Positions 12,001-24,308 of a stretch of 64,000 nucleotides of DNA are shown one piece after another. The stretch is from Lingula anatina. Its lineage: Eukaryota; Animalia; Brachiopoda. The stretch is taken from contig CM120645.1 of the NCBI GenBank assembly GCA_051362555.1, positions 13,578,001-13,642,000 on the forward strand, in the 5' to 3' direction. The notes beneath the pieces are model-generated. The model ran no database searches and was not told where the DNA came from. It saw nothing but the letters and a program-made list of their open reading frames with translations. The position numbers were made by a program, and so were the translations under genes. How positions within the stretch are numbered: position 1 is the stretch's first letter; every line of letters begins with the position of its first letter.

Positions 12001-12170
12001 TATGTCGTTACTTCTTTTGCCTATTAATGAATACTTACAATTGACTTCAGCATCCTGTGTCCCTTAATCACAATCACGTGGAGATGTACATGTGTTGAGA
12101 CCCGCTCCCAAGTTTTTCTTCTCTAAGAGGACCAGACAACGTAGATATGAGGTGTTCGTAGTGGTGGAGA

Positions 12171-14771
12171 TCATATCTCATTAATGCTTCTTCTCATCCG
12201 GCTGACGGTGGACGTAGAAAACTTGTCATACGTGTCGGCCCTGATGTCCATGTTGACATTGTTTACTTTCTTTTTCAAGGTAGGTTCATATGACAAGTCG
12301 TGATCTGAAAATGAAAGTAAATTTATGATTCAAATTAATTTTCAGACCGGGTGAATACAGAATGTAGGTGTTTATGAACTTAAAAAATATACTGTAAGAG
12401 ACATATTATGAAATATATATTGTATCTAAATAAGGTTTACGTAATAACATAAATAAAATAAATAAGATAATGAATTGGACCATTTTTAATTGTATTGCAA
12501 TTTTGTTAACATTCTCGCCACAAGCTTAAGGAATATGTGGAAATAAATGTGAAGAAAACCCTTACCAACTTGTCTTTCGTTGTCGTCTTGTCTCCCGTAG
12601 ATGCTGTTGTTAAGGATTTGTTCATTGGTCACATCTTGCTGCTTTCCTCTTTTAACTCTACTAATCACGTTCTTGACTTTGCAAACAAAGGAACCTGAAG
12701 GGACAAGAAGAAGAAAAGACAATGAAATAAGGTATGACTTCGTCTAATTAAGAGTGCATTTTAATTTATCACATCTAACACTCTTAAGCGTTATTCCACG
12801 TACAATACTTTATCATTATTTCCAGTCTCCATCTTTTATTTATTTATTTGAGGTTTTTAGCTTAAGTAAATAATAATAAAAAGAAGAAGAAGAAGAAAAA
12901 AAGAAGCAATTTGACCCAGGAGGAGTTTATGGACAAATCGCCAATCTGCATTAAAACTCACCATTTCTTTTAATGTTCCTGGTCAACGGCGCACTAGACT
13001 GAGCAAGGACACCTGGACAAGGACTGACCACCGCTCTGCTGACCACCTAAAACATACAGAATACATATAAATAACAGAAACTCAACTGATTTTTACATTA
13101 ACGACAGTTGTAACATTTTAATGTCGGTCTTTAGATCAGCTTTTAACATTTCATTGTGATAGGTAGGATTATGATATCTTAAATAATTTTTTGTAGGCAA
13201 GTCAAACACACGAAATACTCGCTTTGTTTCACCAAATTACAGGATAAAAGAAAATCGACCTGCTTTGTACTTAATTTAAGAGATAGTTTTCAACAAATCA
13301 AATGCTAATTTGTTGTTCGGTATCAACAGTTATTGGTCATATATTTGCCGTTCATGTCATATACTTACCATATTCACAGTTTCCCCGCAGTCCATTATTA
13401 CTTGGATAGCCGTAGACTGGTCAACATGGTCAAAGGAGTGACCGTTCACACTCAACACACGATCATTTATCCTAAAAAACAACAAATATGAACAATTAGA
13501 ATTATTCTCTCCTTTTAATTGAGACATTTTATAAATTTGACGTTTTATAATGAAATCGCCGCATATTGAGATGGTAAATTCATGTCACGAGTCCTTACTA
13601 CGTTTGAGAAAAATAAACACATTGTTTCTCGTCCAACAGGTATTTTTTGCACATAATTGTTAACTTGTTCGAATCCACTGTATGCGAAATAACACAGAGT
13701 GACTTACTGTAACTTTCCTTCTGCTGGTCCAATCTTGATGACGTCAGATATAACGATGGAAGGATCACCATTACTTGGGTTGTCATAACCACCACTTACT
13801 GCTATACCTAACCCGACCAGACGCACCTTAACAAATGAAAATTAATAACATTATCGTGGATTTTGGCGATAGTTTACTGGCGTTATTACAGTCACACTTT
13901 TCAATTTGTTTAAATTTGCTCTTAATAAAATTATCTACAATAAAATGTCTGAATTGTGAGGAAAAACATTCTCCGAGTCATTAACCCTGAGCAGCCTTTT
14001 AAAACTTTTTTTAAAATCAGAACTGTCAATCGATATTAATAATTTGGGACAATTAAACAAGTGGATGCTAAGCATTTCAAATTAATCAACATGGTTAGTG
14101 ACTTCAGGTGATTATCGGCCACCCGCTGAAGCCTAATTATATTTACCTATTATATTTACTTCAGACCGATAATTAGGGCTGGCTTTTTAATTTCCTGAGG
14201 TGAGCAGAGTTACGGAGATAATTTGAGTAAGTTATAAACAACTTAACAAAAATTGTAATTGACAAATGCTCCGTGATCAACGTACCTTGGAGATCTTCAC
14301 GTGATGGGTCTCCCACAAAACTTCATCTTCAACCTAGAAAAATCAAAAATACATATAAATTCATATAAAGCAATACATTTGCCAATTTAACTAAAACACA
14401 CATATAGATGACAAAAAATCAAAACGTTACTTTTATTCAAAATCGACATTTCATAACGGTAAATGCTGTTTGATATTCAAGTCATTATTGGGGAAAAAAT
14501 CATTTTCATAATGAGTCTACGGCCTTTTATAAAACCCTATATCACCGCATTTAAAACATAAAAATGGCTTTGGGGAAGAAAAAGTATAAATAAATAAATA
14601 GATAAATAAATAAATAAATAAAGACTACAAATATAAGTTTCAAAACCTTAAACTCTACATGAGTTACATTGGTTTTTGATTCAAACGTTGATTAGGACTG
14701 TGAATATTAGTATACTATAATAGTACCTCACTCTTCTCTTCTCTTACGACATTACACATCTTCAACTTCAT
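12171..14771 (-). CDS. ZO-1/TJP-like single-PDZ protein, copy 1 (220 aa, 7 coding exons)
   Basis: Exons 14771-14727, 14333-14286, 13826-13708, 13471-13369, 13046-12962, 12694-12566, 12304-12171; all GT-AG and phase-consistent. Translation [68 protein letters not shown] aligns with ZO-1 PDZ1 (IWEQHTV...GFGIAISGGRDNP...[23 protein letters not shown]); ends SINEI-TGA. Confidence 0.88.
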
Positions 14772-14840
14772 CTTTTTCTCTTGGAATATCTCTTCTTAAC
14801 TAGTGAACAACTGAACTGCATACAAGGATGACAGGACATG

Positions 14841-15140
14841 AACTGATGGTAGAACACACTATAAGCGTGCTTTTATAGACAAGTCACCTGTGATCTTTTG
14901 ACCACGGCAAAAAGAACAAACGAAATTAACGATGATCTGTCTGATCAGGTGGCTCGTGCCGCGCGACATCAAAGGTCCGACGTGATTGTCCAATTAATAG
15001 TGTAACACAGGTACTAAATAGTTGATTGGAGTTAACTGGATTACGTGTACCTGTTATATGAAGCCAGTTTACAGGCTATACACAGTTCATCTCTTTTGTT
15101 ATACTTTTATGTACTTTGATGTAAGGTTAATTCCTTTGAA
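14841..15140 (-). promoter_or_regulatory. Core promoter and proximal region of PDZ copy 1 (repeated upstream of all five copies)
   Basis: Minus-strand TATAAAA at 14871-14877; Inr-like TCAGTT at 14841-14846 about 30 nt downstream; CACCTG/CAGGTG E-boxes at 14886 and 14946; ACATCAAAG at 14966, CTTTGATGT at 15114, CTTTGAA at 15134. TATA at the same offset in the other copies (20925, 27533, 33498, 40155). Confidence 0.7.
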
Positions 15141-15633
15141 TAAAATATAACTGATGCCAATCATATAAAGGCTTGAAGTGAACAGGATTTGGTAACAAAC
15201 AGACCACTTTTACCGACCTCTTTGTCTTTGTGTGTGTGTGTGTGTGTTTGCGTTTGCGTTTGCTTGCTCATCTACCTCTTATTTGAAGCCAGTGATGGCC
15301 ATATGTAATTTTTAGAACAGTGATATCCTTTTATTACTGTGATATAAGGTCAAATTTCTTTGGATGTAATTTTATCATAAATGTCAACCGTATATGCATG
15401 TGGAAAGAACATAGCTTGGATAACAAACAAACCAAACTCTCGCTCTAGAAAGAAAATGCTATTGCCCCTAAATAAATATTATTAGAGATTACTTTAATTT
15501 CTTTCATTGCTAAATTTCCACTAGAATTCGAATGTATCCAAATGCCATGATAACATCAACTACTATTTTGTTAGAAAGTTGCCATTCAGAGAAGATAAAT
15601 CATCGGTCAATCATATTTTTTTTGTGAAAAAAA

Positions 15634-15707
15634 AGGCCCTACTGGGATTCGAACCCAGGATCTCCTGTTTACTAGACAGGCGCTTTAACCAACTAAGCCA
15701 TAGAGCC
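15634..15707 (-). tRNA. TRNAT-AGU: tRNA-Thr(AGT)
   Basis: Reverse complement GGCTCTATGGCTTAGTTGGTTAAAGCGCCTGTCTAGTAAACAGGAGATCCTGGGTTCGAATCCCAGTAGGGCCT, 74 nt; all stems pair; oligo-T terminator immediately downstream. Confidence 0.96.
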
Positions 15708-15988
15708 GAGATGTAGGTAAATAAATATCGAAATAATAAAAAAAATAAAGATCAGACAGATACAGATCCCTGTTTTACCACGGCAAGTGTAGCGGATGAC
15801 GATATCATTTTATGATTTGTGATCACCATATACTGCTTAAAGGTGCTCTTCCAAACAGTAGAATGGAAAATCTCAAGTTTAGCAATAACGACAAATTCAA
15901 TTTAATCATAACTAACTTAGGTGAGACAGTGCTATAAAATAGTCCTTAGTTAGTACCCGAAATGTCTCTTTTGAGAAAAGGAAAAGAC

Positions 15989-16045
15989 GGGTGCGATTCT
16001 CACTGTGGGTGCGAGAGGTCCCGGGTTCAATTCCCGGCCGAAGCC
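15989..16045 (+). pseudogene. 5'-truncated tRNA-Pro pseudogene (anticodon reads TGG)
   Basis: gggtgcgattctcactgtgggtgcgagaggtcccgggttcaattcccggccgaagcc aligns to tRNA-Pro from about position 16 to 71; 5' acceptor strand and most of the A box are missing. Confidence 0.85.
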
Positions 16046-17057
16046 TATTCTTCTTCATCTAATCTTGTACTTTAGCGATCATGGTGGATAAAATAGTGAG
16101 AAAAATGCCAATCCGTGATATGCGACCAATAACATTTATAAAAAAAAGAAAATATCAAAAAGCTTTGATTATTATTAGTTTAATTAGATATTGAATATCA
16201 TAACATATCAAAATTCTCAATAAATTCCCCGTGGCCATCATTTTTTTGGGAATGAGTGAAAGAAGTATCCATGAAATCCCGCCAGCCATTGTTCCCTCTG
16301 TCTCCATTTTTCTCAGCTGAACGACCTCGAGCATACGACACGCTTTGACTGGTTATTTGCTGAACAAAAGAGATCAAATGTGTGTCTTCGCGTGCCAAGC
16401 ACACCTTACAGCTTCCTTTTCAGCTAGTTATTAATTGCGGGTGTGTATATATATAGTATTACTATTAAATAACTGAAATTTAAGATGATTAAAAAGATGA
16501 CGGTCAAAAAAGAAAAAAGAGACGCACTTCCACAGATATGCTTAGCAACAGATATTAAACGCGTGTCTTCGTGTGTCAAGCACACCACACGACTCCAGTT
16601 TCAGCGACTGATTAACTATGAGTATGTGCAGTATTACTACAGATAGCAGGATGGATTTTGCAATAAAAACATATACAAATACAAATATATTTATGAATAT
16701 CAAAGAGGATAGAACAAAAAATTGAAAACACTTCTGTCCATTGTTGTCCCAAAGAAAGAAACAGACAGCATGGGGCAAATGGGAAAATGTTAATACTGGA
16801 ATCACATTAACGAGTGAGTTATCATTAAACAAAAAGAAAAAAAACAGCAATAAATGGAATTAATAAAATGAAAAGGCTGAAGGTTGAGGCGAGGAATGAA
16901 ATATAGCTTTCAAGTTTCCAGTGTTTGATGTTGCAATTTTTTATCAACGTGATCAGTACTTGAAACTGTACAAACTATTCAATTAAGTGTTACTAGACGG
17001 TGGCTGGTAGAAAATCGTGGAATCGGTTTAATTTGCAGGAAGTGGAACGTGGCGTTC

Positions 17058-17235
17058 CAGGCACGTAGCCAACTATTGCAAAAGGGGGATTCTTTTTTCT
17101 GAAAATGTGGACCTTTTTTTCATGAAACATAAGTTTACCCTAATTAAATTTAACCATAGTTGAAGTTTTCCCTGCAAAAAGGGCGATTTTTGAACCCCCC
17201 AACCTCCAACCCCCCCCCCCCCTTATGAAAGCCTG
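17058..17235. mobile_element. Decayed CAGG-ended MITE shared by units 2-5
   Basis: caggcacgtagcc...gcctg termini; orthologous copies start near 22997, 29550 and 35884; flanks cgttc (left) and cgtta (right, unit 4) suggest an old 5-bp TSD. Confidence 0.55.
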
Positions 17236-18364
17236 TTAGTTGCATTGTTAAATATAATATAATAAAGATAACGCGACCGTGTTACTGTCAAAAATGATTA
17301 TCCCATTATAACATGTTTACTGGGGTATTATCAATAAACTTAAAATGAGTATAATGTATACTTTAGGCTGATATTGTATATTCGACTTATTCAATTATAA
17401 TTACGACAGATTAAAAATACAAGAATGGCGTCAAATAAATATATACAATTTATTTAACAAACAAAAACGTAACAAGCGCACCTTGGTATTCATCTTACCA
17501 AATTAGAGAAAACGAACACTGTTATGAATCTACTCAACAGAAAACAGTGAAGTCAGCTAACAGTGATTATCCTCGCGCATATCAATTCAAAACAAGTTGG
17601 TAGGAATGCCAGCATTCACAATGGAACAAATAATATTGGCGAAAATTACTCAGCTTTTTTGGTTCTCCTTCTTTATCAAGATCACATTACAAGATTATCA
17701 ATCTACGTCTATCAAACTGAAGGCGTGAAAGCGATGAAGCACTTATGTACGAGTCACAAATGATTCAAGGACTTGGCTCTTTATTTGAGTGGGAAATATT
17801 GCTACATGTTTGTCACAAACATTACACGTGTCTTAGAAATATCAGTGTGGAATTGATCTCTTCTGACAGATTCCCGTCACACTCTGGCGTCTGTTGAGGA
17901 ATGTCTGGCCTCGCATCACTGAAATATAGAACATATATTTTAAGATAAGTTCTAACGTACGGTTCGATTTTTCCGAAATAAATAATATGATGGAACTAAT
18001 GAATACATAAAGACGAAATCCTCCAACTGAAAACTACTTACACAAAGAAACTTATTTACAATTTTAGGCTTGGAATAATTGACGACAAAAATATATAGTA
18101 GCTAAACGCTGACAGTGAAGAAGGATACCGATATATCAAAAACATTAAAAACGCCCATAAAACAATGTTTTTATATTCTTTGACAAAGTTTGTTTTATTA
18201 CTTAATAGCTTTAATTTCATTTGCACTTTATACTTACAGTTGACTTCAGTATCTTGTCTGTCTTTGTCCTAACCACGTGGAGATGTGCCGAGACCTGCTC
18301 CCACATTTTCCCCTCTAAGAGGTCCAGATGACGCAGATGCCAGGTGTTCGTATAGCGGTCGACA

Positions 18365-20825
18365 TTATATCTCATTAATGCTTCTTCTCATGGGGCTGAC
18401 GGTGGACGTAGAAAACTTGTCATAAGTGTCGGCCTTGATGTCCATTATGACATTGTTTACTTTCTTCTTAAGGGTAGGTTCATATGACAGGTCTTCGAGT
18501 TCATGAGCTGAAAAAAACGATAAAATAAAATTATGAGTATAACTTTCTCAGAGTGAGTAAAAATTTAAATCTTTCTCAACGCATTTTAAATGAAATGATT
18601 TATACTGGATAATGAATATATCTTGGGCCTTCATGGCGTTCAAATAATGACACATATAAAATGCTGTTTTTAAAGGTGGCCAACCTTGATCAATAGATAA
18701 TTATCGTACTGGTAATGTTAATTTCCTATTTTCAATCGATAGAAACTAGAATAGCTTTGACTTACCAACTTCTGTTTCTTCCTCTTCCTGTCTCCTGAGG
18801 ATACTGTTGTTAAGGGGTTGTCTATTGGTAACATCTTGCTGCGTCTTTCCCTTAACTTTGCTTATCATTTTCTTAGCCTTGCGGACTAAAGAATCTGAAG
18901 AGAAATCGAAAAGAACGGTAAATGAAATCAGGTATAACTTTGCCTCATTAAGATTTATTTCCTCCTAATCACATCTTACAAACTTGTATTTTTATTTTTA
19001 TTTTCATTTTCTTATTTTTACCTTTTTTTGAGGCGTCATTAGCAATAGTAGAAAATAATAAAAAGAAATATGACCCTGATAATGTACAATTTCAAAGCCG
19101 TCAATCTAAATTAAAACTCACCACTTCTTTTATTCTTCCTGGTCACGGACACACTGGACTTAGCAAGGACTGCTGGACAAGGTCTGACCACCGCTCTGCT
19201 GACCACCTAAAACATACAGAATACATATAACATTAACATAACAGAAACTCAACTTATTTTTACATTAACGGCATTTACAACATCTAAACGTAGGTCTTTA
19301 GATCAACATTTTACATTTCATTGTGGTAGCTGAGAGTATGATTTCTACATAAATAAATAAGTTTGACAAACTAATGATTTATTTTATTTCACCAAATTAT
19401 CGGGTAAAAGACTATAGACGTTTTTTCTGTTAAACAATTAGAGGTATTCAACAAATTAAATGACATTGTTCTTTGGTATCGAAATTTGTTGTTTAGATAT
19501 TTGCCGTTCATGTAATTTACTCACCATATTCACAGTTTCCCCGCAGTCCACTATTACTTGGATAGCCGTAGACTGGTCAACATGGTCAAAGGAGTGACCA
19601 TTCACACTCAACACACGATCATTTATCCTAAAGAAAAACAACAACAAATACAGACAATTAGATTTATTGTCCCCTGAATATGACATTTTAAAATGATAAA
19701 GCAATAAGCATGTTAAATATGCATGATGAAAATTCTATTTTCACTGCATATTGAGATGGTGAATTGATATTACCTGAAGAGCTAGCTAGGTGTGGGAGAA
19801 ATAAACATATGTAACTCGTACTGAAACTCGCAAATACACATCTAATAGTTTGATCACATGGCATCAGAAGTAAAACAAATAATACAGAGTGACTTACTTT
19901 AACTTTCCCTCAGCTGGTCCGATCTTTATGACGTCAGATATGACGATGGATGGATCACCATTACATGGGTTGGCATAACCACCACTTACTGCTATACCTA
20001 ACCCGACCAGACGCACCTACACAAATAAAAGTAAATAACATAATCATGGATATTTGGGCAATGTTTTGCGAGTGTTGTTACATTAACATTTTTCAACTTG
20101 CTTAAATTTGTTCTCAATAGAATTAATAACAATAAAATATCTGGACACCAGTCAAAATTGGTGAAACAGAACTAAAAATTCTCAGAGTAAGTAACCTTGA
20201 ACAGCCTCAAACATTTTCCATCTCCAACATCCAAATCACACGCCATTCAGTTTTAATAAATTGTGACAATTAAACAAGTCCATGCTGAGCGTTTTGAATT
20301 AATCAACATCGTGAGTGACTGAGGTCATCTGTTGTATACCTATCTTAAGGTGAGCAAAATTATGGAAATAATGTATAAATGCATTTTGATTTTTTTAAAT
20401 TGGAAACAACGAAATCTAATTAACAAACACTCCATGATTGGCGTACCTTGGAGATCTTCACGCGATGAGTCTCCCACAAAACTTCCTCTACAACCTAGAA
20501 AAAGGAATAACATAATTAACAAAATATTATATTTGACAAGAAAAAGACGCACAAATGACAAAAAATCAATTTTACAACGACTAAAGTCATTTGATATTTA
20601 AGTCATTGTTGATGTTAATAATTTTCATTTACAGTACACGCCCTGTTTATAAAAAATGTATCACTGCATTTAGAATATAAAAAAATATAAATTTGGGAAA
20701 ATACATTATAAATAAGTAGAGGAATAAGTAACACAGATATGATCCAAACACACAATTTGATACTGTTATAGTAATAGTACCTGACTCTTCCCTTCTCTCA
20801 CGACATTACACATCTTCAACTTCAT
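18365..20825 (-). CDS. ZO-1/TJP-like single-PDZ protein, copy 2 (223 aa)
   Basis: Exons 20825-20781, 20494-20447, 20016-19898, 19627-19525, 19206-19122, 18894-18766, 18507-18365; open frame, canonical splice sites, ends SINEI-TAA. Confidence 0.88.
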
Positions 20826-21680
20826 CTTTTACTCTTGAAATATCTCTTCTTTACTAGTGAACAACTGAACTGCATACAAGGATGACAGGACATGAACTGA
20901 TGGTAGAACACAGTACAAGCGTGCTTTTATAGACAAGTCACCTGTGATCTTTTGACCACGGCAGAAAGAACAAATGAAATTAACGATGATCTGTCTGATC
21001 AGGTGGCTCGTGCCGCGCGACATCAAAGGTCCGACGTGATTGTTCAATTAATAGTGTAACACAGGTACTAAATAGTTAATTGGAGTTAACTGGGTTACGT
21101 GTACCTGTTATATGAAGCCAGTTTACAGGCTATACACAGTTCATCTCTTTTGTTATACTTTTATGTACTTTGATGTTAGGTTAATTCCTTTGAATAAAAT
21201 ATAACTGATGCCAATCATATAAAGGCTTGAAGTGAACAGGATTTGGTAACAAACAGACCACTTTTACCGACCTCTTTGTCTTTGTGTGTATGTGTGTGTG
21301 TGTTTGCGTTTGCGTGCTCATCTACCTCTTATTTGAAGCCAGTGATGGCCATATGTAATTTTTAGAACAGTGATATCCTTTTATTACTGTGATATAAGGT
21401 CAAATTTCTTTGGATGAAATTTTATCATAAATGTCAACCGTATATGCATGTAGAAAGAACATAGCTTGGATAACAAACAAACCAAACTCTCGCTCTAGAA
21501 AGAAAACGCTATTGTCCCTAAATGAATATTATTAGAGATTACTTTAATTTCTTTCATTGCTAAATTTCCACTATTATTCGAATGTATCCAAATGCCACGA
21601 TAACATTTACTACTATCTTGTTAGTAAGCTGCCATTCAGAGAAGATAAATCATCGGTCAATCATATTTTTTTGTGAAAAA

Positions 21681-21754
21681 AGGCCCTACTGGGATTCGAA
21701 CCCAGGATCTCCTGTTTACTAGACAGGCGCTTTAACCAACTAAGCCATAGAGCC
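21681..21754 (-). tRNA. TRNAT-AGU: tRNA-Thr(AGT)
   Basis: Identical to the 15634-15707 gene, with oligo-T terminator. Confidence 0.96.
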
Positions 21755-21944
21755 GAAATGAAGGTACATAAATATCGAAATAGTAAAAAAAAAGATTAGG
21801 CAGATACAGAGCCCTGTTTACCACGGCAAGTATAGCGGATGACGACATCATTTTATTATGGCTTGTGATCTGGGGAGTCACATTTTCATAATGAAAATCT
21901 GACTGGGGAGTCACATTTTAGGGGAGTCACATTTTCATGGTACA

Positions 21945-21969
21945 CCGGATTCAATTCTCGGCCGAAGCC
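21945..21969 (+). pseudogene. Residual 3' end of tRNA-Pro pseudogene
   Basis: ccggattcaattctcggccgaagcc is the T-arm and 3' acceptor remnant at the position equivalent to 16021-16045. Confidence 0.6.
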
Positions 21970-24308
21970 TATTCTTCTTCGTCTAATCTTGTACTTTAGC
22001 CATCATGGTGGATAAAATAGTGAGAAAAATGCCCATCCGTGATATGCGACCAATAACATTTATAAAAAAGAAAATATCAAAAGGCTTTGATTATTATCAT
22101 TAGTTTAATTAGATATTGAATATCATAACATATCAAAATTCTCAATAAATTCCCCGTGGCCATCACTTCTTTTGGGAATGAGTGAAAGAAGTATCCATGA
22201 AATCCCGCCAGCCATTGTTCCCTCTGTCTCCATTTTTCTCAGCTGAACGACCTCGAGCATACGACACGCTTTGACTGGTTATTTGCTGAACAAAAGAGAT
22301 CAAATGTGTGTCTTCGCGTGCCAAGCACACCTTACAGCTTCCTTTTCAGCTAGTTATTAATTGCGTGTGTGTATATATATATATATAGTATTACTATTAA
22401 ATAACTGAAATTTAAGATGAGTAAAAAGATGACGGTCAAAAAAGAAAAAAGAGACACACTTCCACAGATATGCTTAGCAACAGATATTAAACGCGTGTCT
22501 TCGTGTGTCAAGCACACCACACGACTCCAGTTTCAGCGACTGATTAACTATGAGTATGTGCAGTATTACTACAGATAGCAGGATTGATTTTGCAATAAAA
22601 ACATATACAAATACAAATATATTTATGAATATCAAAGAGGATAGAACAAAAAATTGAAAACACTTCTGTCCATTGTTGTCCCAAAGAAAGAAACAGACAG
22701 CATGGGGCAAATGGGAAAATGTTAATACTGGAATCACATTAACGAGAAACGAGTGAGTTATCATTAAACAAAAAGAAAAAAAATAGCAATAAATGGAATT
22801 AATAAAATGAAAAGGCTGAAGGTTGAGGCGAGGAATGAAATATAGCTTTCAAGTTTCCAGTGTTTGATGTTGCAATTTTTTATCAACGTGATCAGTATTT
22901 GAAACTGTACAAACTATTCAATTAAGTGTTACTAGACGGTGGCTGGTAGAAAATCGTGGAATCGGTTTAATTTGCAGGAAGTGGAACGTGGCGTTCCAGG
23001 CACGTAGCCAACTATTGCAAAAGGGGGATTCTTTTTTCTGAAAATGTGGACCGTTTTTCATGAAACCTAAGTTTACCCTAATTAAATTTAACCATAGTTG
23101 AAGTTTTCCCTGCAAAAAGGGCGATTTTTGAACCCCCCAACCTCCACCCCCCCCCCCTTATGAAAGCCTGTTAGTTGCATTGTTAAATATAATATAATAA
23201 AGATAACGCGACCGTGTTACTGTCAAAAATAATTATCCCATTATAACATGTTTACTGGGGTATTATCAATAAACTTAAAATGAGTATAATGTATACTTTA
23301 GGCTGATATTGTATATTCGACTTATTCAATTATAATTACGACAGATTAAAAATACAAGAATGGCGTCAAATAAATATATATAATTTATTTAACAAACAAA
23401 AACGTAACAAGCGCACCTTGGTATTCATCTTACCAAATCAGAGAAAACGAACACTGTTATGAATCTACTCAACAGAAAACAGAAAAGTCAACTATAACAG
23501 TAGTTATCCTCGCGTATATCAATTCAAAACAAGTTGATAGGAATGCCAGCATTCACAATGGAACAAATAATATTGGCGAAAATTGCTCAGCTCACTGGGT
23601 TCTTTTTCTTTATAAAGATCACATTCCAAGATTATCAATCTAAGTCTGTTGAAATGAAGGCGTGAAGGCGATGGAGGATTCATGTACGAGTCACAAATGA
23701 CTCAAGGGCTTGGCTCTTGACATGAGTGGGAAATATTGCTACATGTTTGTCACAAATATTACGCGTGTCTCAAAAATAACATTGAGGGTGTGATCTCTTC
23801 TGACAGATTCCCGTCACACTCTGCCATGGCGTCTGTTGAGGAATGTCTGGCCTCGCATCACTAAAATTTAGAACACATGTTTTAAGATAAGTTCTAACGT
23901 GCGGTTCGATTTTTCCGAAATAAATAATATGATGGAACTATTGACATGAATACCTCAAAGATGAAATCCTCCAACTAACTATTGACACAAAGAAAATTAT
24001 TTACAATTTTAGGTATTGAATAATTGACTATTTACATTATGCAGTAACGCTGACCGCGAAGAAGCATACCAATAAAAAACGACTTCGAAACGCACATGAA
24101 ACAATGTTGATAAAATAGTATTCGACATATTTCGTCTAATTATTTAAAATCCCTTATCTTATAATGCAATATTATACTTACAACTGACGTCAGTATCTTG
24201 TCTGTTTTAATCCTAACCATGTGGAGATGTGCCGAGACCTGCTCCCACATTTTCCCCTCTAAGAGGTCCAGATGACGCAGATGCGAGGTGTTCGTGTAGT
24301 GGTGGACA

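Noticed and set aside
16542-16850. Hydrophobic ORFs repeated at 16542 and 22474
   Set aside because: AT-rich spacer sequence; repetition reflects the duplication and the frame is not kept in units 4-5.
18238-18374. Overlapping downstream ORF ([10 protein letters not shown]...KST) running from the stop region to the 3' UTR donor
   Set aside because: Open in copies 2-4 but frameshifted in copies 1 and 5, and no plausible acceptor leads into this frame.
20829-21047. ORFs MNNHVGPLMSRG... at 20829 and 40080
   Set aside because: They span the promoter and TATA box, start on a non-ATG codon and end at different points between copies.
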